A DNA stretch of 64,000 nt from contig JAZKZO010000004.1 of the NCBI GenBank assembly GCA_045612665.1, positions 1,418-65,417 on the forward strand. The letters are read 5' to 3'. A model generated the notes under the pieces. It saw nothing but the letters and a program-made list of their open reading frames with translations. It was not told the DNA's origin and did not search any database. Below are positions 17,782-26,818 of this stretch, piece after piece (positions within the stretch are counted from its first letter, which is position 1; every line of letters begins with the position of its first letter). A program made the position numbers and the translations under genes. The stretch is from Eubacteriales bacterium. Its GTDB lineage: Bacteria > Bacillota > Clostridia > Oscillospirales > CAG-272.

Positions 17782-17782
17782 T

Positions 17783-18709
17783 ATGAAAATTTATCAATCA
17801 ATTACCGACCTTGTAGGCGCAACACCCTTGCTTGAGGTGTCCCGATTTGCTAAGGAAAACGGAATAGACGCGCGCTTGCTTGTTAAGCTTGAAATGTTCA
17901 ACCCCGCAGGCTCAGCCAAGGATAGAGTTGCCCTTTCAATGATAGAGGATGCCGAAAAAAGCGGAAGACTTCAAAAGGGAAGCACAATAATTGAGCCGAC
18001 CTCGGGAAATACAGGCATCGGACTTAGCGCAATCGCAAGGGCAAGGGGCTACAAGTGCATTATCGTTATGCCCGAAACAATGTCCGAGGAGCGCAAAATG
18101 CTAATGAAGGCATACGGTGCAGAGCTTGTTTTGACTGACGGTGCGCTTGGAATGAAGGGCGCAACCGAGAAAGCGCTTGAAATTGCAAAAATTACACCGA
18201 ATTCCTTTGTGGCAGGACAGTTCGAAAATCCTGCAAATCCAAGGGCACATTATGATACGACAGGACCTGAAATTTGGCAAGATACCGAGGGATGTGTCGA
18301 TATTTTCATCTCTTGCGTAGGCACAGGTGGCACAATTTCGGGCACAGGTAAATATCTTAAGGAGCAAAATCCGTCCGTTAAGGTCGTAGCCGTTGAGCCG
18401 TCATCTTCGCCTTTGCTTAGCGAGGGCAAGGCAGGCGCACACAAAATCCAAGGAATAGGCGCAAATTTCGTTCCCGATACGCTAAACCGTGAAATTTACG
18501 ACGAAATCGTAACCGTCAGCGACTCCGAGGCTTATGAATATGCGAAAAAGCTCGTCGAAAGCGAGGGAGTGCTTGTCGGAATTTCCTCGGGCGCAGCCCT
18601 TTGCGCTATGGCAAAAATCGCATCTCGCCCCGAAAACAAGGGCAAGACAATAGTTGCACTTTTGCCCGATAGTGGAGAGAGATACCTCTCAACACCTAAC
18701 TTCATATAA
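17783..18709 (+). CDS. cysK: Cysteine synthase A (O-acetylserine sulfhydrylase)
   Basis: 308 aa. MFNPAGSAKDRVALSMI (PLP lysine), EPTSGNTGIGLA-type motif, GTGGTISG. Confidence 0.9.
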   Translation: MKIYQSITDLVGATPLLEVSRFAKENGIDARLLVKLEMFNPAGSAKDRVALSMIEDAEKSGRLQKGSTIIEPTSGNTGIGLSAIARARGYKCIIVMPETMSEERKMLMKAYGAELVLTDGALGMKGATEKALEIAKITPNSFVAGQFENPANPRAHYDTTGPEIWQDTEGCVDIFISCVGTGGTISGTGKYLKEQNPSVKVVAVEPSSSPLLSEGKAGAHKIQGIGANFVPDTLNREIYDEIVTVSDSEAYEYAKKLVESEGVLVGISSGAALCAMAKIASRPENKGKTIVALLPDSGERYLSTPNFI

Positions 18710-18711
18710 GA

Positions 18712-18738
18712 AAAATCAAGGCATCGCCTTGATTTTTT
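18712..18738 (+). terminator. Rho-independent terminator after cysK
   Basis: aaaatcaagg-catcg-ccttgatttttt. Confidence 0.7.
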
Positions 18739-18808
18739 CATTTTACACTTGAAAAGCTCGCTCGTGTGTGCTAATATATGTAGGAAATCAAAGAAAGGAG
18801 CGAAAAAT

Positions 18809-19540
18809 ATGCGAGAGCAGAATAATTTTATGTCAGGCATAAAGGACGGATTTCCAATCTGCCTTGGATATCTTTCCGTTGCCTTTGCCTTTGGTATTGC
18901 GGCTTATAACTCAGGGCTTGATATATGGCAGGCAGTGCTTATTTCCATGTTAAACGTTACCTCGGCAGGTCAGCTTGCAGGACTACCTATTATGGCTGCC
19001 GGTGGAAGCTTGATTGAGCTTGCCGCGACGCAGTTAATTATAAATCTTCGTTATTCGCTTATGTCGATTTCGCTTTCTCAAAAGCTTGGAAAAAGCGTGC
19101 GACTTGTGGATAAATTCCTCGTTTCCTTTGTCAACACCGATGAGGTTTTTGCCGTTTCATCGTCAAAGGGAACTGACCTTGGTCGCAGATATATGTACGG
19201 CATTACCTTAACGCCGTTTCTTGGATGGACTCTTGGAACGCTACTTGGCGCAGTTGCGGGAAATATCTTACCCGAAATTGTAATTTCGGCACTTGGAATT
19301 GCAATCTACGCTATGTTTGTTGCAATCGTTACTCCTGTGGCTAAAAAGGAAAGACCTGTGCTATTTTGCTCACTTTCTGCAATAGCGCTCAGCTGTATTT
19401 TTTACTATGTGCCATTTTTGAAAAATAACGTATCAAGCGGATTTTCAATTATAATTTGCACAATAATAGCAAGCGTGATTTTCGCCCTTGCTTTCCCACT
19501 TCCAAAGGAAGAGGAGGTAGTCGATAATGGAGCCGATTAA
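18809..19540 (+). CDS. azlC: AzlC-family branched-chain amino acid exporter subunit
   Basis: Start moved to ATG 18809 (aaaggag 8 nt upstream); the track start lies in the promoter TTGAAA-17-TAATAT. GIKDGFPICLGYLSVAFAFG is the typical AzlC N-terminus. Confidence 0.8.
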   Translation: MREQNNFMSGIKDGFPICLGYLSVAFAFGIAAYNSGLDIWQAVLISMLNVTSAGQLAGLPIMAAGGSLIELAATQLIINLRYSLMSISLSQKLGKSVRLVDKFLVSFVNTDEVFAVSSSKGTDLGRRYMYGITLTPFLGWTLGTLLGAVAGNILPEIVISALGIAIYAMFVAIVTPVAKKERPVLFCSLSAIALSCIFYYVPFLKNNVSSGFSIIICTIIASVIFALAFPLPKEEEVVDNGAD

Positions 19541-19850
19541 GTTCTTTGCCTACCTGCTCGTTATGGCAGGAGTTACCTATCTTGTCAGAATGCTTCCTAT
19601 GGTACTTGTAAGGAAAAAGATAAAGAACACCTTCGTTCGCTCGTTCCTTTATTATGTGCCGTATGCGGTTTTGTCCGTTATGACAATTCCTGCAATCTTC
19701 TATTCAACCTCGTACCTTGTGTCTGCAATTGTCGGCTTTGCAGTGGCGCTCGTGCTATCCTACTTCAATCGAAGCCTGCTTACAGTTGCAGCAAGCGCGT
19801 GCGGTGCCGTTTTGGTAGTAGAGCTTGTAATAACATATCTGATAAAGTAA
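19527..19850 (+). CDS. azlD: AzlD-family small membrane subunit
   Basis: 107 aa, hydrophobic, overlaps the azlC end by 14 nt. Confidence 0.75.
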   Translation: MEPIKFFAYLLVMAGVTYLVRMLPMVLVRKKIKNTFVRSFLYYVPYAVLSVMTIPAIFYSTSYLVSAIVGFAVALVLSYFNRSLLTVAASACGAVLVVELVITYLIK

Positions 19851-19873
19851 AATCGAGGCACGCCTCGATTTTT
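19849..19873 (+). terminator. Rho-independent terminator after azlD (homologous to the one after cysK)
   Basis: aaaatcgagg-cacg-cctcgattttt. Confidence 0.7.
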
Positions 19874-19948
19874 CTCGTATCTTGACAACATATAATAAAT
19901 ATGGTAAAATAATATTTTAGTGAAATCTAGGACTACAAGGAGGAAAAT

Positions 19949-22591
19949 ATGCAATATAAAATTTCAACCGTAATGCCCGTATATAATTCCGCCTTGTATC
20001 TTGGCGAGGCGATAGAGAGCATTATAAGCCAAACGATAGGCTTTGATAACGTACAGCTTATCATTGTAAATGACGGCTCGACCGATAACAGTGCCGAGAT
20101 TATAGACACTTATGCGAGAAAATACTCTAATATCGTGGTTATAAATCAAGAAAACGCAGGCGTTGCAGAGGCTCGAAACGAGGCGCTCAAGCACGCACAA
20201 GGCAAATACGTTTCGTTTGTCGATCCGGATGATGTTATCTCGGATAACGCATATGAGCTTGCCTTTGATTTCTTTGAAAGTAATTACGATAAAACAAGCG
20301 TTGTGGCTTTTCCGATATTTTTCTTTGGAGCTAGAAATGGCGCTCATCCCTTGAATGATAAATTCGAGCAGGGAAGCCGTATAATAGACCTTGAAAAGAG
20401 TGGAATTTTTCAGCTTCATATAACCTCTACGCTTATCAAGGGCGAGATTGCCAAAAATATGCATTTCAAGAGCGAGCTTGCAACATCCGAGGATGCCGAG
20501 GCACTTTTGCGTATTTTAATTGACACTCCGTATCTTGGAGTGGTTACTGACGCGAGCTATAACTACCGTCGCCACGGCGCATCCCTTATAAGCACGGCAT
20601 CGAGCAAAAAAGAATGGTATCTTCCACACATAGAGCATTATTTTAGTAGCATTATGGACTATGCGTTAATCACGTACGGCAAAATTCCGTCGTTTGTTCA
20701 AAACGCGATAATGTACGACCTTTCCTGGAAGCTCTCTCAAAAAACGCTCCCACCCTGCCTTGACAACGATGAGGCACAGGAATTTTTGATGCAGATGTAT
20801 GCGTGCGTGTCGCGCCTTGATAACAGTGTGATAATGAGCGCAAATGTCGCCGACGAAATAAAATATTATCTTTTGGCGAAAAAGCACGCAGATAAATATT
20901 CCTTAACCGATGACGATTTGACCCTGGATGGCATTTCGTGTCTTTCTATGTGCCGTTATAGCCTTGATTTTGTCGAAAGGGAAGACGGCAAAATCAAAAT
21001 TTCAACAAGACTGTTTTTCCCTGCATCAATGCAAAATATCGACACAGGTGTCCTTTATTTGAACGGACATGCGATAAGCTCGAAGCCGAGCTTCGGTGAA
21101 AAGGCACACATCCTTGGCAATTGTATAGCGAAAACCGCTATGCTTGAATTTGTGATTGATACAAAGGACCTTTGTGAGCGCAATGCGATATACTTCGGTG
21201 CGAAAATCGAAGATAAAACGGTTATTTTCGCTAACGTTATTTTCGGTAAGCATTGCCCTCTTGAAAGAAAATATAGCGCATCCTTTATCGACCTTGGCGA
21301 TATTGTAATTTCGTATCACGAAAACGCACTTGTGGCTGAATTTGCGTCTAAAAAGGAAATAAAATCGCGCAAAAGGGCTCTTCTTAAGGAAATATGGCGC
21401 AGTAACGGCTTTGCCGAAAGAAAGGCAGTCGTTGCAAGACTTTTGGCAGGCGTTTATAAAAAGCTTCACAAAAAGCCGATTTGGATTATCTCCGACCGTC
21501 TTAATAAGGCATCGGATAACGGAGAGGCGCTTTTCGAATATCTTAACAAAATTAAATTTAGGGATGCAAGCTATTTCTTTGCGATAAGAGATGGCGAGGA
21601 TTATGCGCGCCTTAAAGGGCACGGCAGGGTTCTTGATAGGGCATCGCTTAAATATAAAATTTTGCATCTTGCCTCGGATATGATAATTTCCTCTCACGCT
21701 GAGGATTTTGTAACGAATCCGTTTGATTACTATTCACAGCCGTATAAGGATATTCTTTGCCAAAAGAAATTTGTCTTTTTACAGCACGGTGTAACAAAGG
21801 ATGACCTTTCCTCGTGGCTTGGTAGATACAATAAAAACATAAAGGGCTTTGTCGTATCGTCGCCCCTTGAGGAAAAATCAATTCTCGAGGGAGATTACGG
21901 CTACACCGAAAATGAGGTATGGCTTACAGGTATGCCACGCCTTGACCGTCTTGAGAGCAAGAGCGAAAAAATCGTTGCTATTATGCCAACGTGGCGTAGA
22001 TATCTTGCGGGAAGCATTGATATTTCAAGCGGTGAATGGAGAAATAGCGAGGCGATAAGAAATAGCGAATACGTAAGCTTTTATGAAAGCCTCTTAAACG
22101 ACTCTCGTTTACTTAACACACTGGATAAAAACGGCTATAAAATGATTTTTATACCTCATCCAAATATGAAAGCGGTATGCGATTTTATCGACACTCCCTC
22201 GGGCGTTAGCATTTGCGAAAGCTGTGATTACAGCGATATTTTTGCAAAAGCTAATCTTGTTGTAACCGATTATTCCTCAGCCGTTTTCGACCTTGCATAT
22301 CTTGGCAAGCCCGTAATCTATGCACAGTTTGACAAGGACGAGTTTTTCTCGGGCACTCACACCTATAAAAAGGGCTACTTTGACTATGAGGAAAACGGCT
22401 TCGGAGAGGTAACGTATACGCTCGATGACACCGTTTGCGAAATTATAAAATGCATTGAGGGCGGTTGCGTCCTTGATGAAAAATACCGCGCAAGAATTGA
22501 CGCCTTCTTCGCATATCGCGACAGAGAAAATTCATCGCGCACTCTTGAAAAAATAAAGCAACTAGGAGCAAAAAATGATAAACGTAAATAA
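19949..22591 (+). CDS. Bifunctional glycosyltransferase family 2 / CDP-glycerol glycerophosphotransferase (TagF-like) protein
   Basis: 880 aa. N-terminal GT2 signature VMPVYNSALYLGEAIESIISQT...IVNDGSTD...DPDD. The C-terminal half resembles TagF/TarF-type glycerophosphotransferases (FLQHGVTKDD..., PTWR). Confidence 0.75.
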   Translation: MQYKISTVMPVYNSALYLGEAIESIISQTIGFDNVQLIIVNDGSTDNSAEIIDTYARKYSNIVVINQENAGVAEARNEALKHAQGKYVSFVDPDDVISDNAYELAFDFFESNYDKTSVVAFPIFFFGARNGAHPLNDKFEQGSRIIDLEKSGIFQLHITSTLIKGEIAKNMHFKSELATSEDAEALLRILIDTPYLGVVTDASYNYRRHGASLISTASSKKEWYLPHIEHYFSSIMDYALITYGKIPSFVQNAIMYDLSWKLSQKTLPPCLDNDEAQEFLMQMYACVSRLDNSVIMSANVADEIKYYLLAKKHADKYSLTDDDLTLDGISCLSMCRYSLDFVEREDGKIKISTRLFFPASMQNIDTGVLYLNGHAISSKPSFGEKAHILGNCIAKTAMLEFVIDTKDLCERNAIYFGAKIEDKTVIFANVIFGKHCPLERKYSASFIDLGDIVISYHENALVAEFASKKEIKSRKRALLKEIWRSNGFAERKAVVARLLAGVYKKLHKKPIWIISDRLNKASDNGEALFEYLNKIKFRDASYFFAIRDGEDYARLKGHGRVLDRASLKYKILHLASDMIISSHAEDFVTNPFDYYSQPYKDILCQKKFVFLQHGVTKDDLSSWLGRYNKNIKGFVVSSPLEEKSILEGDYGYTENEVWLTGMPRLDRLESKSEKIVAIMPTWRRYLAGSIDISSGEWRNSEAIRNSEYVSFYESLLNDSRLLNTLDKNGYKMIFIPHPNMKAVCDFIDTPSGVSICESCDYSDIFAKANLVVTDYSSAVFDLAYLGKPVIYAQFDKDEFFSGTHTYKKGYFDYEENGFGEVTYTLDDTVCEIIKCIEGGCVLDEKYRARIDAFFAYRDRENSSRTLEKIKQLGAKNDKRK

Positions 22592-24173
22592 CTTAACCTT
22601 CAATTTCGGTGGACAAGTGCTCTTTAAGGACGTTAACCTTAAATTCACACCCGGCAACTGCTATGGCGTAATCGGCGCAAACGGGGCAGGAAAAAGTACC
22701 TTCCTTCGTATTCTTTGCGGAGAGCTTGAGCCGACAAAGGGCGACGTAAGCATTCCCGATACCGTAAGAATGTCCGTGCTTAAGCAAAACCACTTTGCAT
22801 ACGATGCATTCACTGTCCTTGATACCGTAATTCAAGGTAACGAGCGTCTTTACGAGATTATGAAGGAGAAGGATGCCCTCTACGCAAAGGAGGACTTTAG
22901 CGACGAGGACGGAATAAAGGCATCAGAGCTTGAGGCTGAATTTGCTGAAATGAACGGCTGGGAGGCGGAAAGCGACGTTTCCAAGCTTATACAGGGACTT
23001 GGACTTAGCGAGGATATCCTTTACGATACAATGTCAACTCTTAAGGAAAGCGAAAAGGTAAAGGTGCTCTTGGCACAGGCGCTTTTCGGCAATCCCGATA
23101 TTATTCTGCTTGACGAACCTACAAATGGTCTTGACATTGATGCAATCACTTGGCTTGAGGACTTTCTAAGCGACTATTTCGGAACTGTTCTTGTTGTATC
23201 TCACGACCGTCATTTCCTTAACGATGTATGCACAAATATCGTAGATATCGACTTCACAGGAATTAAAATGTATGTCGGTAACTATGAATTTTGGTATGAG
23301 TCAAGCCAGCTCATTCAAAGAATGATAAAGCAACAAAACAAGAAGAACGAGGAGAAAATCAAGGAGCTTCAAAGCTTCATCTCTCGCTTCAGCGCAAACA
23401 AGTCGAAATCAAGACAGGCAACCTCGAGAAGAAAGCTTCTTGACAAGCTTTCAATTGAGGAGCTTCCTGCATCAAGCCGTCGCTATCCGTTTATCGGCTT
23501 TGATATGGATAGAGAGGCAGGAAAGGATATTCTCACAGTTAAGGAGCTTTCAAAAACGGTGGACGGAGTGTCGCTCTTTAACAATGTTTCCTTTACAGTT
23601 GCAAAGGGCGATAAGATAGCTCTTGTCGGTGGAGAAATGGCAGTAACCGCACTCTTTAAGGTGCTAATGGAGGAGGAAGAGCCCACAGGCGGAAGCTTCA
23701 AGTGGGGCGTAAGCATCTCTAAATCCTATTTCCCACACGATAACACTCCGTACTTTGACGGATGCAAGGACAGTATTCTTGATTGGATGCGTCAATATTC
23801 AAAGGACCAAACCGAAACGTATCTTCGCGGATTCCTTGGCAGAATGTTATTCTCGGGCGACAGTATTTTCAAGGAGGTGCAGGTGCTTTCAGGAGGAGAA
23901 AAGGCGAGATGTATGTTCTCACGTATGATGCTTTTCGGCTCGAATTTCTTGCTTCTTGACCAACCTACAAACCACCTTGACCTCGAAAGCATAACTGCCG
24001 TAAACAACGGTCTTTCTGACTTCAAGGGTAACGTTATTTTTGCATCTCACGACTACGAAACCGTAAACACAGTTGCTAATAGAATAATCGAGCTTCGCGA
24101 TAACGGAATCATCGATTACAGTGGCACGTACGAGCAGTTTATCGAGTATAAGCGCGAAAAAGGACTAATTTAA
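22575..24173 (+). CDS. ABC-F family ATPase (two ABC domains, no TM domain; YbiT/EttA-like)
   Basis: 532 aa. Walker A GANGAGKST, signature LSGGEK, second cassette present. The start overlaps the preceding gene by 17 nt, with an internal aggag RBS. Confidence 0.85.
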   Translation: MINVNNLTFNFGGQVLFKDVNLKFTPGNCYGVIGANGAGKSTFLRILCGELEPTKGDVSIPDTVRMSVLKQNHFAYDAFTVLDTVIQGNERLYEIMKEKDALYAKEDFSDEDGIKASELEAEFAEMNGWEAESDVSKLIQGLGLSEDILYDTMSTLKESEKVKVLLAQALFGNPDIILLDEPTNGLDIDAITWLEDFLSDYFGTVLVVSHDRHFLNDVCTNIVDIDFTGIKMYVGNYEFWYESSQLIQRMIKQQNKKNEEKIKELQSFISRFSANKSKSRQATSRRKLLDKLSIEELPASSRRYPFIGFDMDREAGKDILTVKELSKTVDGVSLFNNVSFTVAKGDKIALVGGEMAVTALFKVLMEEEEPTGGSFKWGVSISKSYFPHDNTPYFDGCKDSILDWMRQYSKDQTETYLRGFLGRMLFSGDSIFKEVQVLSGGEKARCMFSRMMLFGSNFLLLDQPTNHLDLESITAVNNGLSDFKGNVIFASHDYETVNTVANRIIELRDNGIIDYSGTYEQFIEYKREKGLI

Positions 24174-24176
24174 CTT

Positions 24177-24206
24177 AAAAGCAACGCATTTTGCGTTGCT
24201 TTTTTC
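24177..24206 (+). terminator. Rho-independent terminator
   Basis: agcaacgca-ttt-tgcgttgct followed by ttttt. Confidence 0.7.
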
Positions 24207-24264
24207 TTGACATATAATATAAAGTTATGATATACTTAATATAAGCTGTGCGAAAGGAGATGCT

Positions 24265-25512
24265 GTGGATATGGATTTTCAAAGAAAAATCGCCATAATT
24301 GGCGCAGGACCGGCGGGAATGATGTCCGCAATATATGCATCTGATAACGGCGCATCGGTTACGGTTTTTGAAAAAAATCAATGCGTCGGCAAAAAGCTTG
24401 CGATAACCGGCAAGGGAAGATGCAATGTTACAAACGATTGCGACAATGCCGAATTTCTTAAAAACGTTATTGCAAATCCAAAATTCCTTTATGCATCAAT
24501 CAGCAACTTTGATACACAGGATACAAAGGCGTTCTTTGAGGGCGCAGGTGTACCTCTCAAAACCGAGAGAGGTAGGCGAGTTTTCCCTGTTTCCGATAGC
24601 GCACACGATATTGTAAATGCACTTAAGAGTCAAATGCTCTTGCGTGGATGCATTCTCAAAAATGAAAAGGTGCTCGAAATCTTGACCGATAACGGCAAGG
24701 TGCGTGGACTTAAAACAAGTCGCGGTGAGTACGAGTTCGATGCCGTAATTTGTGCAACGGGCGGAATTTCCTATCCCGGTACAGGTAGCGACGGAGACGG
24801 CTTTAGATTTGCAAAATCGCTTGGCATTAAGGTTACGGACCTGACACCGTCGCTCGTTCCTGTTGAAACGCTCGAGGACGTAAGCGAAATTATGGGTCTT
24901 TCCCTTAAAAACGTTACGCTTACCGCCACCGATAACGAATGCGGTAAAGCTGTTTATAGTGAGCTTGGCGAGATGCTTTTTGCGCATTTTGGACTTACAG
25001 GACCTCTTGTTCTAAGCGCATCGTCGCATATGAAAAATATGAAAAGCGGTAAATATACCGTTACAATAGACTTTAAGCCTGCGCTTGATTATAATGAGCT
25101 TGACAGGCGCGTGCTTTCGGATTTTTCCAAGGGCACAAACAAGGACTTCCAAAATTCTCTTGGCGCACTTTTGCCATCAAAAATAATCCCTTACATAGTA
25201 AGAAGAAGTGGCATCGGCGCTACAACCAAGGTAAACGAAATCACAAAGGAGCAACGAAAATCGTTCGTTTCCCTTTTGAAAGGACTTTCCTTTGACATCA
25301 AGGGCTTCCGTCCTGTTAAAGAGGCGATTATCACGGCAGGGGGCATTGATGTTTCGGAGATAAATCCGTCAACTATGCGCTCAAAAAAGGTTGAAGGACT
25401 TTACTTTGCGGGAGAAATGATAGATACACACGCCTACACGGGCGGATATAATTTGCAAATTGCATTTTCCACAGGCGCTTTGGCAGGAATGCATAGCGCG
25501 TGGGGAGATTAA
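24265..25512 (+). CDS. HI0933/BaiN-family NAD(P)/FAD-dependent oxidoreductase
   Basis: 415 aa. IAIIGAGPAGMM dinucleotide-binding motif, GKGRCNVTN motif, and the C-terminal GGYNLQ motif typical of this family. Confidence 0.85.
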   Translation: MDMDFQRKIAIIGAGPAGMMSAIYASDNGASVTVFEKNQCVGKKLAITGKGRCNVTNDCDNAEFLKNVIANPKFLYASISNFDTQDTKAFFEGAGVPLKTERGRRVFPVSDSAHDIVNALKSQMLLRGCILKNEKVLEILTDNGKVRGLKTSRGEYEFDAVICATGGISYPGTGSDGDGFRFAKSLGIKVTDLTPSLVPVETLEDVSEIMGLSLKNVTLTATDNECGKAVYSELGEMLFAHFGLTGPLVLSASSHMKNMKSGKYTVTIDFKPALDYNELDRRVLSDFSKGTNKDFQNSLGALLPSKIIPYIVRRSGIGATTKVNEITKEQRKSFVSLLKGLSFDIKGFRPVKEAIITAGGIDVSEINPSTMRSKKVEGLYFAGEMIDTHAYTGGYNLQIAFSTGALAGMHSAWGD

Positions 25513-25521
25513 GGAGATATT

Positions 25522-26187
25522 ATGAGAATAGCACTTGATGGACCCAGCGGGGCTGGAAAAAGTACAGTTGCCAAGGCTGTGGCAAAAAGACTTGGTATAA
25601 TTTACGTTGATACAGGGGCGCTTTACCGTTCAATCGGTCTTTACGTGTTGAGGGCAGGCGTTGCAAAGGATGATAGAGAAAAAATCATTCCTATGCTTAA
25701 CGACATAAAGCTCGACCTTTCGTTTAAGGACGATACACAAAGCGTTATTCTTAACGGTGAGGACGTAAGCTCTCTTATCCGTACAGGAGAGATTGCTATG
25801 TACGCATCAGCCGTTTCGGCAATCCCCGAGGTTAGAGCGTTCCTTTTGGAAACTCAAAGAAAAATCGCAAGAGAGAATAGCGTAATAATGGACGGCAGAG
25901 ACATCGGCACAGTTATTATTCCTGATGCAGAGGTTAAAATCTTTATGGTTGCTTCTGCTGAGGCAAGAGCCGAAAGAAGATATAAGGAGCTTATCGCAAA
26001 GGGCGAGGAGTGTACTCTCGAGGGCGTGCTTGCGGACATAAAGAAGCGCGATAACGACGACTCTACAAGAGCAGTTGCACCTGCAATTCCTGCAGAGGAT
26101 GCAATTTTCCTTGACAACTCCGACATTGACCAAGAAGAGACCGTTGAAAGGGTCCTTGAGATAATTGAAAGCAATGCAAGAAAATAA
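25522..26187 (+). CDS. cmk: Cytidylate kinase
   Basis: 221 aa. IALDGPSGAGKSTVAK P-loop, DTGALYR, DGRDIGT motifs. Confidence 0.9.
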   Translation: MRIALDGPSGAGKSTVAKAVAKRLGIIYVDTGALYRSIGLYVLRAGVAKDDREKIIPMLNDIKLDLSFKDDTQSVILNGEDVSSLIRTGEIAMYASAVSAIPEVRAFLLETQRKIARENSVIMDGRDIGTVIIPDAEVKIFMVASAEARAERRYKELIAKGEECTLEGVLADIKKRDNDDSTRAVAPAIPAEDAIFLDNSDIDQEETVERVLEIIESNARK

Positions 26188-26818
26188 AAAACCGTTAAAC
26201 CGTTTCTATAGAACTATGAGAGCCATTTTGGGCAACATCTTCAAGTTCTTTTATAGAATAAAGCCACACAACCGTGAAAACGAGATTTTTGATAAGCCCT
26301 TTATCGTTTGCGCTAACCATACGAGCATGCTCGACGTTGGTGCAATCGTTATGAGCATGAAGACTCAAATTCGCTTTATGGCGAAAAAGGAAGCCTTTAA
26401 GGTTCCAGTGCTTAACTGGTTTATCAAGTCAATGGGCGCATTTCCCGTTGACCGTAAGGGCGGAGACGTTGGCGCAATCAAAAAGACAATTTCGATGCTT
26501 AAAGAGGGCGAATGTATAGGAATATTCCCACAGGGAACAAGAATTCCGTACGTAAACCCGAGAGAAACCGAGGTTAAGGACGGTGTCGGTATGATTGCCA
26601 CACGCGCAGGCGTTGGCGTAATCCCCGTCTTTATCAAAAACAAGAGCGGAAAGCTTAAGGCATTCCGTCGTAACGACGTTATTATAGGTAAATATATTTC
26701 ACCCGAGGAGATTGCCTTCCCCGAGCTTTCGGGAAAGGAAAAATACAAGGCAATATCGGAATATATCTTTGATAAGGTGTGCGCACTCGGCGAAGGCTGG
26801 GAGGGCACAAAAAAATGA
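26174..26818 (+). CDS. plsC: 1-acyl-sn-glycerol-3-phosphate acyltransferase
   Basis: NHTSMLD (H-x4-D) and FPQGTR motifs. I prefer ATG 26174 over the track TTG 26165. It overlaps the cmk end. Confidence 0.8.
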   Translation: MQENKKPLNRFYRTMRAILGNIFKFFYRIKPHNRENEIFDKPFIVCANHTSMLDVGAIVMSMKTQIRFMAKKEAFKVPVLNWFIKSMGAFPVDRKGGDVGAIKKTISMLKEGECIGIFPQGTRIPYVNPRETEVKDGVGMIATRAGVGVIPVFIKNKSGKLKAFRRNDVIIGKYISPEEIAFPELSGKEKYKAISEYIFDKVCALGEGWEGTKK

